64,000 nucleotides of DNA from Nannocystis bainbridge (GCF_028368995.1 NZ_JAQNDL010000003.1:864001-928000), one strand, 5' to 3'. Shown: positions 20,107 through 30,617, numbered from the stretch's first letter. The notes: generated by a model not told the origin, from the letters alone. Made by a program: numbers and translations.

Positions 20107-20744
20107 CGGAGCTCGAGCAAGCAATAGAACTCGTTCCACAGCGCCGAGCTCATCCGACCAGAGCGCCGCGATGCACGCATTCCACCGGACTCAACCGAGC
20201 CGAGCGCCACCTGCACGCATTCCATCGCACCGACCTCGACCGCTCGCTCGCTCCGAGCCCCCACGAAACAATCGAGGCACCGCGTGCTATGCAGAAGGTC
20301 CGCGCGAACGTCTACAACGCATGTTATGCGCGCGACACTTCGCGCGGCCCACGCTGCGAATCACAACACTGCCGCAGCGCCAACCTTGCGGGAGGTTGTC
20401 GCGGAGCTCGCTTCACCATGCCGAGGACCCACTCCCTTCTTTGCACGATAAGCGACGAAACAGGGCAATACGCGGTCATCCCTTTGTCCTCACGCACCAT
20501 TCGATCGCAGCATCCGCGGGCACGCTGCTTGCTCGCATGCAAGCTCTGCCTCGCGCCAGCAACATGCACGAGAAAACACGACGATACGCGGTTACCCCGA
20601 GACCCGACTTGCCGGCCCGCTGACATCGAACGGCCTCACCCGTGAGAATGCCGGGTCCGCTGGCACAATGTGCTCCGGGCGAGCCATCGCGCCGGCTCCC
20701 TCGTCCCCACGCCGCAGTGTCCACCCGGCACACCTCGCGCAACA

Positions 20745-21092
20745 GAACATCGTTCAGGTCGGCAAAGGCCGCTCGCGCCGCCGCATGGCCCGCGCGCCTC
20801 TTCGCCGCCGCGACGCCCCCCGCCGATCTGCGCCACGAAACATTGTTCATTGCGCCCATCAGCGCCGAGTAAGGCCCTCCGCCGATCGTCTGCCACGACC
20901 CGCCGGACCTCGATTTACCCAATCGAACAACGTTCCGCTGCCCGATCACCGCCAGCTCCATCACCGACCGACGAAGCCACGCGCCCCGCTCACAGAACAT
21001 TGTTCATCTACATCCCTCGCCACGAATCAGGCACCTCGAGGCCGGCCCGATGTCAATGATCGGCAGCCGCCATCTCTCGACAAACAACGTTC
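20745..21092. promoter_or_regulatory. Five spaced copies of an 11-bp palindromic motif RAACAWYGTTC
   Basis: GAACATCGTTC 20745, AAACATTGTTC 20838, GAACAACGTTC 20925, GAACATTGTTC 20995, AAACAACGTTC 21082. Confidence 0.55.
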
Positions 21093-21326
21093 CGCCTTGT
21101 CTCGGCAGACAATGCGACCGCGGGCCGGCGCCGCAGGACCCTCTGCCTGCTGCACCGACCCGGATCGCCTCCCGAGAGATCGTGACACCGCGCGACGGGC
21201 TCATCGGCACGCCGGCCGCGACCCAATCACACCACCGCCGACAGCCACGCCCTGCGCGAGCGTCTGCCGGGCGCGCCCGCGAATCGCAAGACCGCGGAGC
21301 TCGCTCACTTTGCGGGCCGAGCCTGC

Positions 21327-22322
21327 TCACGCACCCGGTACGTACGTCACCCACTCGCCTTCCGCGAGCGAGTAATCATCGCACGCCGGCAGGTTACAGG
21401 CGACATTGGCGCCGGCGATTCGCGGGGCCTCGAGACACAGCGCACCGGAGGCCGACCACACCGCCTCGACCGCGCCCATCTCGCCGGACGACACCACCGT
21501 GCCGGCCGCGTTCTCCCAGTGCAGCGGGGTGCCGTTCTGCGTGTAGCTGTGGCCCGTACCGCAATAATCGGCCGTGATCATGCGCAGGGTCGCCTGGCGC
21601 TGGGCCAGCGAGGCCGGGTGGCCGGCGCCATCGAAGTCGGACTGCGGCCCGTAGTTCATCAGCTGTAGCTTCGCCGCCGCCGAGCCCGCACACGCCAGGG
21701 TCAGCCAGCGCGACTTGCCGGGCTGGATCGACTTCGTCTCGAGGTCGTACGTCTCGCCGCCGATGACCGTGACCGCGCTGGTCAGGACGTCGAGCAGGTC
21801 GCCGGTGCATACATTGCGCATGCCGAGGAGCGCGTTCAGGTCGGGGTAGACCAGGGTATACGTGGAGACCTGCGGCGCGCCCGCGGCCCACGAATCGATC
21901 TTCTGGTGTCCTAGCACCGTGATCGGCAGCGGCAGCAGCGAGCCCTGCTGATGGACCAGGATGATCGAGCCGATCAGCTGATTGCCGCGCAGGGTGGTCG
22001 TGCCCGAGCGCGCCACCAGGGCGCCCTTCTCGACCGCGATATCGAACTTCTGCAGGCTGAGCAGCCCGAGCGGCGGCGGCACGAAGCCGACGATCCGCAC
22101 GCCCTCGCCGTTGGCCACGCCGTCGAGGTTGAGCTCGCGGATAGCGCGCCCGTTGACCTCGGCCGAATTGAAGCCGCAGCGCCAGACCGGACAGGTCGTG
22201 GAGCCGCCGTCGCGCAGCGCGACCGCGTCATCCCCCAGATCCTCGTCCGTCAGCGGTTCGTCGCATCCGCCCGCAAATAGACACACACCTGTGATTGTAA
22301 GACAAAGCGCCCGACCCAGCAT
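21327..22322 (-). CDS. ADYC-domain lipoprotein
   Basis: Lipobox FAGGC; LACAGSAAAKL, RMITADYCGTGHSYTQNGT, EAVWSASGALCL. Confidence 0.88.
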   Translation of the reverse strand: MLGRALCLTITGVCLFAGGCDEPLTDEDLGDDAVALRDGGSTTCPVWRCGFNSAEVNGRAIRELNLDGVANGEGVRIVGFVPPPLGLLSLQKFDIAVEKGALVARSGTTTLRGNQLIGSIILVHQQGSLLPLPITVLGHQKIDSWAAGAPQVSTYTLVYPDLNALLGMRNVCTGDLLDVLTSAVTVIGGETYDLETKSIQPGKSRWLTLACAGSAAAKLQLMNYGPQSDFDGAGHPASLAQRQATLRMITADYCGTGHSYTQNGTPLHWENAAGTVVSSGEMGAVEAVWSASGALCLEAPRIAGANVACNLPACDDYSLAEGEWVTYVPGA

Positions 22323-22470
22323 GATAGCCTCGCTACCCCCGACGTCGCGGACACTATCCACGGCGCCCTGCCGCGTCAAGCATAATATGAAGAGCAGGAG
22401 CTGTGATGAATCCACCTTCAGCTCGCGCAGCCGTGTCGCTGCCCTCGCAGCTCCGGCGACGATTCACCGC

Positions 22471-25400
22471 TCAGCGCCCGCCGGCGCGCGTGCGCAGGCG
22501 ATCGATCGCCGCCAGCCGCCACGCGAACGCGTCGCCGGCCCCGCTGAACCACTGCTCGGCCGCCGCGAGCTCGACCGTCGCGCGCGCTCTGTCGGCCGGG
22601 TCCTGGCTGAGCAGCAGCGAGGTCGCCAGCTCGACGCGGGCTCGCGCGAGCAGCCGCGGCAGCGACACGTCGCGCGCCTGCGCGGCGGCGGTGACGGTCG
22701 CCAGACCGGCCACGGCCTCCGTCAGGTGCTCGCGCGCCTCGACCTGTTCGCCCTGGGCCGCGAGGTTGAGGCCGAGGCACAGCCGCAGCTCTGCCTGCTG
22801 GACCGCGAGCCACCATTCGCCGCTCGCGGCCGTGGCCGCAAAAACTGCTCGCAACTCGGCGACCTCGTCGCCGACCGGGCCGAGGCGCAGCGCCGCGTAG
22901 CCGCGGATCAGCGCGATCTCGGGTCGCGTCAGCGCCGTGTCGTCGGCCGTCAGTTGTCGCGCCAGCACGGCGGCCTCGCGCCACGCCGCGCGGGCCGGCG
23001 CCACCGCGCCTGCCTCTTCGTGGCGCTGACCGAGGTGGGCCAGGCACATCGCCCGCTGGGCCACGCGCTCGGCGGCGAACCGCTCGAGCACCGAGCAGCC
23101 GCGCTCGAGCACCTCCGCGGCCATGCGCGGGTCGGTCAGCGACACGCTGGCGACGATGCGGATGACCGCGCTGTGCGGGTGGGCCGGGCCCAGCTCCATC
23201 TCGAAGATCTCGAGCGCCCGCAGCACCAGCGTCTCGCGCTCGGCCGTGCCGGCGACCACCAGCGCCAGGTTGCTCAGCGTGAAGCCGACATCGACGTGGC
23301 GCGGGCCGAGAGCCGCCATTCGCACCGCCAGCGCCTCGCGCAGCGTCACCTCGGCCTGATGAAGATCCCCGATCGCCAGCAGGGCCGAGCCCATGCTGTT
23401 CAGCACCAGGCCTTGCAGCCGCTCCGGCGCCTGCACGCGGGCCGTGTACTCGCGGGCCAGGGCGATGTCCTCGCGGGTCTGCTCGGCCTGCCCGATCTCC
23501 CGGCTGCGCCGGTGGATCCGCAGCGCCAGCGCCTCCAGGGCCGTCTCGTCCACCTCGGCGCCGAAGGCCGTCAAGTAGGCGCGGCTCAGCAGCGACGCGT
23601 CGGCGGCCCACGGGCTGTTCATGTGAATCGTCAGGCGGGCGCGGGCCAGCAGCGCCTCGGCCAGGCCCGGTCGTGAGCCGCGGGCCTCGGCGTCCTTCAC
23701 CACCTGTTCGGCCAGCTCGATCGCCGCGACCTCGCGACCGGCGCGGTCGAGCGCGCCGACCCGCTCGAGCTGCGCCCGCTGCTCGGCCAGCGCCGCGCGC
23801 AGCTCCGGGTCCTCGGGCAGCGGCGCCTCGCTGGCGAGCATGCGCAGGTCGGCGCAATCGTCGACCGGCTGCAGACCGCGGATGATCTCGAGCCCGCGCG
23901 CCGCGACCTCGCCGTCGGCCGCGCGCAGCACCGCGATCGTCTCGCGCAGACCGGCCTTGCGCTGGGCCAGACACAGCATTCGCTGGTCCAGCAGCGTCTC
24001 CGAATTCTCCCCCCGGCGGTGAGCCTGACATGCCTCTTTGTGGGCATCCCGCCACCCGCCCGCATAGCCGTCGAGCGCCGCGGCGATCGGCGGCCACAGC
24101 TCCGTCGAGTGGTGGGGACCGAGGCCGGCGAATCGCAGATCGATCTCCGCGCGCTGGCTCGCGCCCCAGATCGCCGCGATCTCCTGGCCCGAACCATTGC
24201 AGGTCTCGTCGACCGGCGCCGGCCTGGCCGCCAGGTAGCCGCCGGCGCCGGCCAGCAGCGCCGCCACGCTCGCGGCGATCACGATCGGGCGCGCGCGCGT
24301 CCGGCTGCGATCGAGCGCCCGCAGCAGCTCTTCCATCGAGGGCCAGCGGGCCGAGGGCTCGACCCGCAAGCCGCGGGCGACCACCGCGAGCAGCCAGGCC
24401 GGCACGTTGGCGCCGGCGGGCGGCGCCCGCAATTCACCGTACCCGACCGACAGCGCGATGCTCTGCGTCGTCTCGCCGGCGAACGGGCGCTGGCCGTAGA
24501 GCGCCTCGTAGAGCGCCACGCAAAAGCTGAATTGATCGGAGGCCGCGTCGACGCCCTCGGCGCGGAACTGTTCCGGCGACATGTACGCCGGAGTGCCGAC
24601 GAACGGGCCGACGACCAGCGGCAGCTCGGAGCCCGAGGCCGAGCGCGCCGGTGTGTCGATGCGAGCCGCCGTGCTGGCACACAGGCCGAAGTCGAGCACG
24701 CGCACGCGGCCGTCTTCGCCGAGGATCGCGTTGGCCGGCTTGAAGTCGCGGTGCACCAGCCCGACCGTGTGCGCGGCGGCCAGCCCGGTGCCGGCCTGCC
24801 GGTACACTGCCACCACCTCTTGCCAGCTGCGCCCGCGCTCCTCGGACCAGCTCTGCAGCGTCTTGCCGCGGATGAACTCCATGGCGACGAACACGTCCTG
24901 GCGGTGCATCCCGACGTCGTGGACCACGACCACGTTCGGGTGTGACAGTCGGGCCATCGCCTGGGCCTCGCGCAGCAGACGGGCGTTGCCGCGGGCCGAG
25001 CTGTCCTGATTACGGGTGTGCAATACTTTGAGCGCGATCTTGCGGTCGAGCTCGGGATCGTAGGCCGAATAGACCACCCCCATCGCGCCACTGCCGAGCC
25101 GATCGAGCACGGTGAAGCGGCCGATCGTCTCACCGGGCTGGAAGGCGACGATTCGCGTCGACACCCGCACGGTCTGGCCCGACTGGGTGCTGATCGTACT
25201 GTGGACCGGGCCGTCGCGCGGCACCTGGACCAGCCCCGCGCCCTCGATCAGCAGCGCCCGCGTCGCCTCGGCCCGCCGCTTCAGCGCCGCCGCGTCCTGG
25301 TCGACCTCGGCGGCGTCGAGCCATACCTCTTTATCTCGCTCGACCGCCAGCGTCCGCGCCAGCGCGTCGAGCAGGTCGCTCCAGCCGTCGATGTCGGACA

Positions 25401-25848
25401 CCGACCCACGAGCCGGCCCCGCCTGCAGCCCGCGGCGCAGCGCGCGACGAATGCGGCGCAGCGTGGTGATCCCGACCCGCTGCCACGGCACGTGGCGCAG
25501 CCACCCGCGCACCAGCGCGACGTCGTCGGGATCGTCGAGCGCCTCGAGCAGGCGCGCCGCGAGGTCGCGCAGCACCGCGTCGCGCGACGCCTGCAGCGAG
25601 CCCGACGTGGTCGCGCTGATACGGACGAGCACGGCGATCGCCGCGAGCACGCTGGCGTCGTCGGTCCCGCGCGCCATCTCCGAGCCGGCCTGGACCAATA
25701 GGTCGGTCGGGTCGCACGGCGCGGTCTTGCGCGCGAGGATCCGCGCCGCCAAGTCGAGGCGGTGCAGGTCCAGCTCGGAAAAGTGCTCCCAGGCGCCGGG
25801 GATCGGTCGGTGAGGTGATTCCACGGCGACTTCGTCCGGCCGGTTCAT
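22471..25848 (-). CDS. Ser/Thr protein kinase with TM and TPR repeats
   Basis: GSGAMGVV, IALK, HPNVV, HRDFKPAN, DFG, GTPAYMSPEQ, DQFSF; TM; TPRs. Confidence 0.93.
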   Translation of the reverse strand: MNRPDEVAVESPHRPIPGAWEHFSELDLHRLDLAARILARKTAPCDPTDLLVQAGSEMARGTDDASVLAAIAVLVRISATTSGSLQASRDAVLRDLAARLLEALDDPDDVALVRGWLRHVPWQRVGITTLRRIRRALRRGLQAGPARGSVSDIDGWSDLLDALARTLAVERDKEVWLDAAEVDQDAAALKRRAEATRALLIEGAGLVQVPRDGPVHSTISTQSGQTVRVSTRIVAFQPGETIGRFTVLDRLGSGAMGVVYSAYDPELDRKIALKVLHTRNQDSSARGNARLLREAQAMARLSHPNVVVVHDVGMHRQDVFVAMEFIRGKTLQSWSEERGRSWQEVVAVYRQAGTGLAAAHTVGLVHRDFKPANAILGEDGRVRVLDFGLCASTAARIDTPARSASGSELPLVVGPFVGTPAYMSPEQFRAEGVDAASDQFSFCVALYEALYGQRPFAGETTQSIALSVGYGELRAPPAGANVPAWLLAVVARGLRVEPSARWPSMEELLRALDRSRTRARPIVIAASVAALLAGAGGYLAARPAPVDETCNGSGQEIAAIWGASQRAEIDLRFAGLGPHHSTELWPPIAAALDGYAGGWRDAHKEACQAHRRGENSETLLDQRMLCLAQRKAGLRETIAVLRAADGEVAARGLEIIRGLQPVDDCADLRMLASEAPLPEDPELRAALAEQRAQLERVGALDRAGREVAAIELAEQVVKDAEARGSRPGLAEALLARARLTIHMNSPWAADASLLSRAYLTAFGAEVDETALEALALRIHRRSREIGQAEQTREDIALAREYTARVQAPERLQGLVLNSMGSALLAIGDLHQAEVTLREALAVRMAALGPRHVDVGFTLSNLALVVAGTAERETLVLRALEIFEMELGPAHPHSAVIRIVASVSLTDPRMAAEVLERGCSVLERFAAERVAQRAMCLAHLGQRHEEAGAVAPARAAWREAAVLARQLTADDTALTRPEIALIRGYAALRLGPVGDEVAELRAVFAATAASGEWWLAVQQAELRLCLGLNLAAQGEQVEAREHLTEAVAGLATVTAAAQARDVSLPRLLARARVELATSLLLSQDPADRARATVELAAAEQWFSGAGDAFAWRLAAIDRLRTRAGGR

Positions 25849-26326
25849 GGAGTCTTACAAGAGGCGCTCCGACGGATCAAGCAAGTCGCGGCGGGCCCCC
25901 GGGAATCTCCACATTAACTCGCGTGCACGTGGGCCCGGCCGCCGCCGCCACCGGACCGCGCCGGCGCGGTCGGCCTCTCGCACCATTCAGAACATTGTTA
26001 TTTCAATGCGCGATCGCCTTCGCCGAACTCCGATTCGCCCTCGCCGCGACGTCCATGGGTGTCGGCGCATCTGTGCGTGTCCGACAATTCAACACCGCAG
26101 CCGAGTCGGCTCGGCTGCCAGCATTGCCAGCAACGCCCTCGCCGCCGCGCACTCGCGCGCGATCGCCCGTCTCCCCGCGGCCGGCGGGCGAGCCGCGCTA
26201 TCATCATTGCGAGCGCGCTTATCGGGACCGTCACCGGCCGGGTCGGTCGATTGAAGACTCCGCGAATTACGGTTGAGCCCGCCGCTTACATGGCAGTAGG
26301 TTGCACCTGGCTCCTGAGCGCATATT

Positions 26327-26341
26327 GATAACAGTGTTATC
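26327..26341. promoter_or_regulatory. Inverted repeat GATAAC-AGT-GTTATC in a divergent promoter region
   Basis: AT-rich palindrome with perfect 6-bp arms; shares an AACAnTGTT core with the 25990 and 20745-21092 motifs. Confidence 0.45.
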
Positions 26342-26675
26342 GAGAAACAATGCCAGTGGGCGTTCGGAGCCGAGATACGCCGGACTCTACTGTTAGACCC
26401 ACATGCTGAGCGATAGCCCCGGGTCTCCGCGTCTTGCGCCCTCGTGGCGACCCTGGGCATCTCCGCCCGAACAGCGCTCGCCGGCCGATCGCCTCGATCT
26501 GGCGCGAGTCGGCCCTGCTCGGGTGTTTTTGGGGCGCCACACAGTCTGCGGACAGGTGACCTCGAACTCCCGAGATTGGCGCTTGACCGAGGATCAGTGC
26601 CATGAGAGGGTCGCCATCCAGAAATGGTAGGTCGCGCCTCTCGAAGCTGCGCGCGACTCATGGGAGGAAACGGAT

Positions 26676-27575
26676 ATGTACACGCGAATGAATGGATTAC
26701 ACGTCTGCGCTTTGGCGGCTTCGCTCGTGTTCGGCGGGTATGCCTGCAACAGCGACCAATTGCTCGACACCGATACGGCCGGCACGGACGGAGCGTCCGC
26801 CTCGGCCTCGGAGTCGGCCACCGATCCTGCTAGCGCCAGCGAGACTGCTTCCAACAGCAACTCCAACTCCAACTCCAACTCCAACTCCAACAGCCAGAGC
26901 GGCTCCGAGTCGGACTCCGACTCGCAAGGCACCGCGCCCACCGAGGGGCAGGTTTCCGCGACCGAAGCCACCGCGACCGACGGCACCGACTCCATCGGCA
27001 CCGTCTCCGTCGGCACCGACTCTGTCGGCACTGACTCCGTCGGCACTGACTCCGTCGGCACTGACTCCGTCGGCACCGACTCCGTCGGCACTGACTCCGT
27101 CGGCACTGACTCCGTCGGCACCGACTCCGTCGGCACTGACTCCGTCGGCACCGACTCCAACGGCACCGTCGGCACCGACTCCATGGGCACCGACTCCAAC
27201 GGCACCGTCGGCACCGACTCCATGGGCACCGACTCCAACGGCACCGACTCCATGGGCACCGTCAGCGACAGCAACGGCACCATGGGCTCCGGTGACACCA
27301 ACGAGCAGCTGTGTCAGCTCGAGCCGGGCGACGGCGCCTGCGACGAGTGCCTCAAGGAGAACTGCTGCGACGCGTGGGTCGAGTGCAACGAGGACGTCGC
27401 TTGCCTGTGCCTGCTCGGCTGCGCCGAGTCGGGCAACAACGCGCTCTTCTGCGGGCTCCAGTGCCAGGTGTCGCTGCCGACCCTGGTCAACACGCTCAAC
27501 AACGTGCTCGGCGAGTGCGGCCTGATCGGCGAGTGCGGCCTCGCCATCTGCCCGGTCTTCGGGTTCGTGCTGTAG
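26676..27575 (+). CDS. Lipoprotein with GTDSV pentapeptide repeats and Cys-rich C-terminal domain
   Basis: Lipobox GYAC; (NS)n tract; 9 x GTDSV; CDECLKENCC...CLCLLGC...C domain. Confidence 0.85.
   Translation: MYTRMNGLHVCALAASLVFGGYACNSDQLLDTDTAGTDGASASASESATDPASASETASNSNSNSNSNSNSNSQSGSESDSDSQGTAPTEGQVSATEATATDGTDSIGTVSVGTDSVGTDSVGTDSVGTDSVGTDSVGTDSVGTDSVGTDSVGTDSVGTDSNGTVGTDSMGTDSNGTVGTDSMGTDSNGTDSMGTVSDSNGTMGSGDTNEQLCQLEPGDGACDECLKENCCDAWVECNEDVACLCLLGCAESGNNALFCGLQCQVSLPTLVNTLNNVLGECGLIGECGLAICPVFGFVL
27012..27146 (+). repeat. 15-bp coding tandem repeat (9 copies)
   Basis: GGCACYGACTCYGTC x9, flanked by degenerate copies. Confidence 0.9.
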
Positions 27576-27602
27576 TCGTCCGCGACCGCGGATGAAATCG
27601 AG

Positions 27603-27641
27603 CGGACTCGGCCGCCGCGACCCTCGCGGCGGCCGAGTCCG
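27603..27641. terminator. Strong GC hairpin (terminator or processing stem)
   Basis: CGGACTCGGCCGCCGCGA-ccc-TCGCGGCGGCCGAGTCCG; T-run about 10 nt downstream. Confidence 0.6.
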
Positions 27642-27682
27642 GCGGTCCCCCTTTTTGTCCGAACATTCGAAGGAGAACGGCA

Positions 27683-29053
27683 TTGAAGACATCACGCTGC
27701 TTTACGCTCATCGCGGCTCTCGGGCTGGCGGGATCGCTGGCGACCGAGGCCAGCGCGGCCGAGCCCCGCAAGGCCAAGGAAGAGTCGCGCATGCGGCGGT
27801 TTCGCCCCGAGCGCAACACCGGTGAGATCGGCATCTTCCTCGGTACGGCGGTATTCGCCAAGTACCACGATTTCTACGACCCCGCGACCGCGCCGCAGGA
27901 GCGGATCCGTCGGCCGTCCTTCGAGGGCGGCGTGCGGGCGGCTTACTTCCCGCTGAGCTTCCTCGGGCTCGAGCTCGAGTTCGGAGCACTGCCGGTCCGC
28001 TATGACCCGGGGGGAGACGCGTTCATGTACGCCTTCCGCGGCCACGGCATCCTCCAGCTGCCGTTCTTCCGCATCGTGCCGTTCATCCTCGGCGGTTACG
28101 GGCTCATGGGCATCCGCTCGCCGCAGTCGGTCGCCGGCAAGGACATCGACCCCGTCGGCCACTACGGCGTCGGCGTCAAGTTCCACGTCACGCGAATGTT
28201 CACCCTCCGCCTCGACGCGCGCCATTTGGTCGCCGCCCAGGCCGCGCAGCAGACCGACGGCACCAGCCACCTCGAGGTCCTCGCCGGCGCCTCGCTGACT
28301 CTCGGGCGCAAGAAGCAGCAGCCGGCCAAGGTCGACACCGACCGCGACCGCGACGGCGTCGTCAACGACAAGGACCGCTGCCCCGACGAGGCCGGCGACA
28401 TGCCTGACGGCTGTCCCGACCGCGACTCCGACGGCGACAGCTTCTTCGACTCCAAGGACCGCTGCCCCGACGTCCCCGGCGTCGCGCCCGATGGCTGTCC
28501 GCCCGCCGACCGCGACCGCGACAGCTTCCTCGACGACGACGACAAGTGTCCCGAGGAGCCCGGCGTCGCCCCCGATGGTTGCCCGATCCGCGACAGCGAC
28601 GGCGACCGCATCCTCGACCCCGACGACAAGTGCCCCAACGAGCCGGAGAACCGCAACGGCTACGAGGACACCGACGGCTGCCCCGACGAGATGCCGGCCG
28701 CGATCACCAAGTTCACCGGCGTCATCAAGGGCATCTTCTTCGACCTCGGCAAGGCCACCATCAAGCCGACCTCGAAGAAGACGATGGACGGGACCGTGCA
28801 GGTGCTCAAGGACTTCCCCAGCATCCGCGTCGAGATCGTCGGTCACACCGACAACACCGGCTCGCGCGACGTGAACCTCGACCTGTCGCGCCAGCGCGCC
28901 GAGTCCGTGCGCGAGTACCTGGTCGCCCAGGGCATCGCCGCCGACCGCATTCAGACCCGCGGCGCCGGCCCCGACGAGCCGATCGCCGACAACAAGACGG
29001 CCAAGGGCCGCGCCGTCAACCGCCGCATCGAGTACAAGGTCATCACCGAGTAA
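27683..29053 (+). CDS. OmpA-family protein with beta-barrel and thrombospondin type-3 repeats
   Basis: Signal peptide; DxDxDG...DRCP...DGCP repeats; IFFDLGKATIK, GHTDNTG, NLDLSRQRAESV, NRRIE. Confidence 0.95.
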   Translation: MKTSRCFTLIAALGLAGSLATEASAAEPRKAKEESRMRRFRPERNTGEIGIFLGTAVFAKYHDFYDPATAPQERIRRPSFEGGVRAAYFPLSFLGLELEFGALPVRYDPGGDAFMYAFRGHGILQLPFFRIVPFILGGYGLMGIRSPQSVAGKDIDPVGHYGVGVKFHVTRMFTLRLDARHLVAAQAAQQTDGTSHLEVLAGASLTLGRKKQQPAKVDTDRDRDGVVNDKDRCPDEAGDMPDGCPDRDSDGDSFFDSKDRCPDVPGVAPDGCPPADRDRDSFLDDDDKCPEEPGVAPDGCPIRDSDGDRILDPDDKCPNEPENRNGYEDTDGCPDEMPAAITKFTGVIKGIFFDLGKATIKPTSKKTMDGTVQVLKDFPSIRVEIVGHTDNTGSRDVNLDLSRQRAESVREYLVAQGIAADRIQTRGAGPDEPIADNKTAKGRAVNRRIEYKVITE

Positions 29054-29071
29054 TCACTCGCGGCACCACGA

Positions 29072-29117
29072 CGCCGCGCGGACGACCTTCGGGTCCGCCG
29101 CGCGGCGATCTTGTTTT
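29072..29117 (+). terminator. Rho-independent terminator
   Basis: CGCCGCGCGG...CCGCGCGGCG stem followed by ATCTTGTTTT after the OmpA-family stop. Confidence 0.65.
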
Positions 29118-29225
29118 GCGTTCACAAGTTGGCCTCGGACGCCCGAATCGCCCCGCCCGGCAGCGCCCCCGGTCGATGCGAGCGCGAGCCGCCCGCACAG
29201 CCCCGAGCTCATCCGGCCAGGGCGA

Positions 29226-29305
29226 TCCCATGTCCCTCAGGGCATGTCCATGAAAACATGCCCCGGTCGCCATGCCCGTACGGACATGCCCGATCGGACA
29301 TGTCC
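29226..29305. repeat. 14-bp-period GGACATGTCC-like array (6 units)
   Basis: CATG at 29229, 29243, 29257, 29271, 29285, 29299; between convergent genes. Confidence 0.92.
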
Positions 29306-29315
29306 GTGGCAAGGA

Positions 29316-30563
29316 TCACTTCGCCTGGTCTTCGAGCCAGGTCTTCGCCACCGTCAGGGCCGAGTCGGCCTCGCTCGGCACCGCGTCCAGCGGGTCGAGC
29401 GGCGCGTCGGCGGCGACCGCCACCGGCAGGTGCGGCTTGACCCCGCGGCCGGCCAGCGGCTCCCCGCCGGCGCCGACGAAGCGGCCCGTGCTGAGCTTGA
29501 TCGCCCAGCCGTTGCCGAGCTCGTGGATGCTCTCGACCGTGCCCTTGCCGAACGTCGGCGCCCCGATCAGCGTCGCCCGCTTGTGGGTCGCCAGCGCGTC
29601 GGCCAGGATCTCCGCCCCCGAGGCCGTCTCGGGCCCGATCAGCACTGCCAGCGGCAGCGCGTGCCAGCGGCCGTCGCCCTTCGCCACGGCCGCCTTGACC
29701 GGCTCGTCGCGCATCGTCGTCGTCACGATCGCCTGGCCGTCGCGCAGCAGCGAGCCCGAGATGGCGATCGCCGCGTCGAGCAGCCCGCCCGGGCACGCCC
29801 GCAGGTCGAGCACCAGCGCCTCGGCGCCCTCCTTCTGCAGCGCCTCCAGGGCCGCGTCGAACTCGGCCGGCGTCGTCTCGGCGAACCCGCGCAGCCGCAG
29901 ATAGCCGAGCTTGTCGCCGAGCGGCTTCGCCTCGACGTTCTGGATCGCCACCGTCTGCCGCACCAGCTTCTCGTGCCACTCCTCGGTGTCGCGCTGGACG
30001 AACAGGTCGATGCTGGTGCCGGCCGCGCCGCGGATCTTGTCGACGATCTCGACCATCGGCTTGCCCTGCACGCGGACCCCGTCGATCTCGAGGATCCGGT
30101 CGCCGCGCTGCAGCCCCGCCGCGCCCGCCGGCCCGCCGGCGATCACCTCGCGGATCACCAGGATCCCCGCCACTTGCTCGATCATCACCCCGACGCCGAC
30201 GATCGTGCCACCGGTGTCGTGCAGCAGCTCGGCCAGCTCGCGCGGCGCCAGCAGCTCGTTGATCGGGTGCGCCGCCGGCTGCCCGAGCCGCGCCAGCATG
30301 CCCTCGACCGCGCCGGTGTAGAGCGCCCCCGGGTCGACCGCCGCGTCGACGTAGTGCTCGGCGATCAGCTTGCGCGCGGCGGCGAACGCCTTCTCCGCGT
30401 CGGGCATCGCCTCGGCGTGCGATCGGGTCGGCGCCTTGGCGGGCGCCGGCGCCTCGGCCAGCACCGGCGCCGCGACGTCGGTCGCCTCGGGCGCGGCGGC
30501 GTCCTCGGGCGCCGGGTCACAGGCGAACAGGGCCAGGGTCAACAGCGAGAGCGGTCTGCGCAT
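29316..30563 (-). CDS. S41 family carboxyl-terminal protease (CtpA-like) lipoprotein
   Basis: Lipobox LFAC, PDZ (GVGV...GPAGAAGLQRGDRI), LVLDLRACPGG, TASGAEI, TFGKG. Confidence 0.92.
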   Translation of the reverse strand: MRRPLSLLTLALFACDPAPEDAAAPEATDVAAPVLAEAPAPAKAPTRSHAEAMPDAEKAFAAARKLIAEHYVDAAVDPGALYTGAVEGMLARLGQPAAHPINELLAPRELAELLHDTGGTIVGVGVMIEQVAGILVIREVIAGGPAGAAGLQRGDRILEIDGVRVQGKPMVEIVDKIRGAAGTSIDLFVQRDTEEWHEKLVRQTVAIQNVEAKPLGDKLGYLRLRGFAETTPAEFDAALEALQKEGAEALVLDLRACPGGLLDAAIAISGSLLRDGQAIVTTTMRDEPVKAAVAKGDGRWHALPLAVLIGPETASGAEILADALATHKRATLIGAPTFGKGTVESIHELGNGWAIKLSTGRFVGAGGEPLAGRGVKPHLPVAVAADAPLDPLDAVPSEADSALTVAKTWLEDQAK

Positions 30564-30617
30564 TTTACATGTCTCCAGAGTCAGGTGTGAACATCGAGCT
30601 CGAGAACGAGAGAATCA

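Noticed and set aside
19545-21326. Protein-coding genes or an IS element in the long gap
   Set aside because: ORFs are Arg/Pro/Ala-rich with no motifs or codon bias; no transposase or terminal inverted repeats recognised
29226-29305. 14-bp arrays as p53 elements or intrinsic terminators
   Set aside because: The p53 consensus match has no plausible meaning in a bacterium; the arrays lack U-tracts, and separate intrinsic terminators lie next to two of them (29072, 36852)
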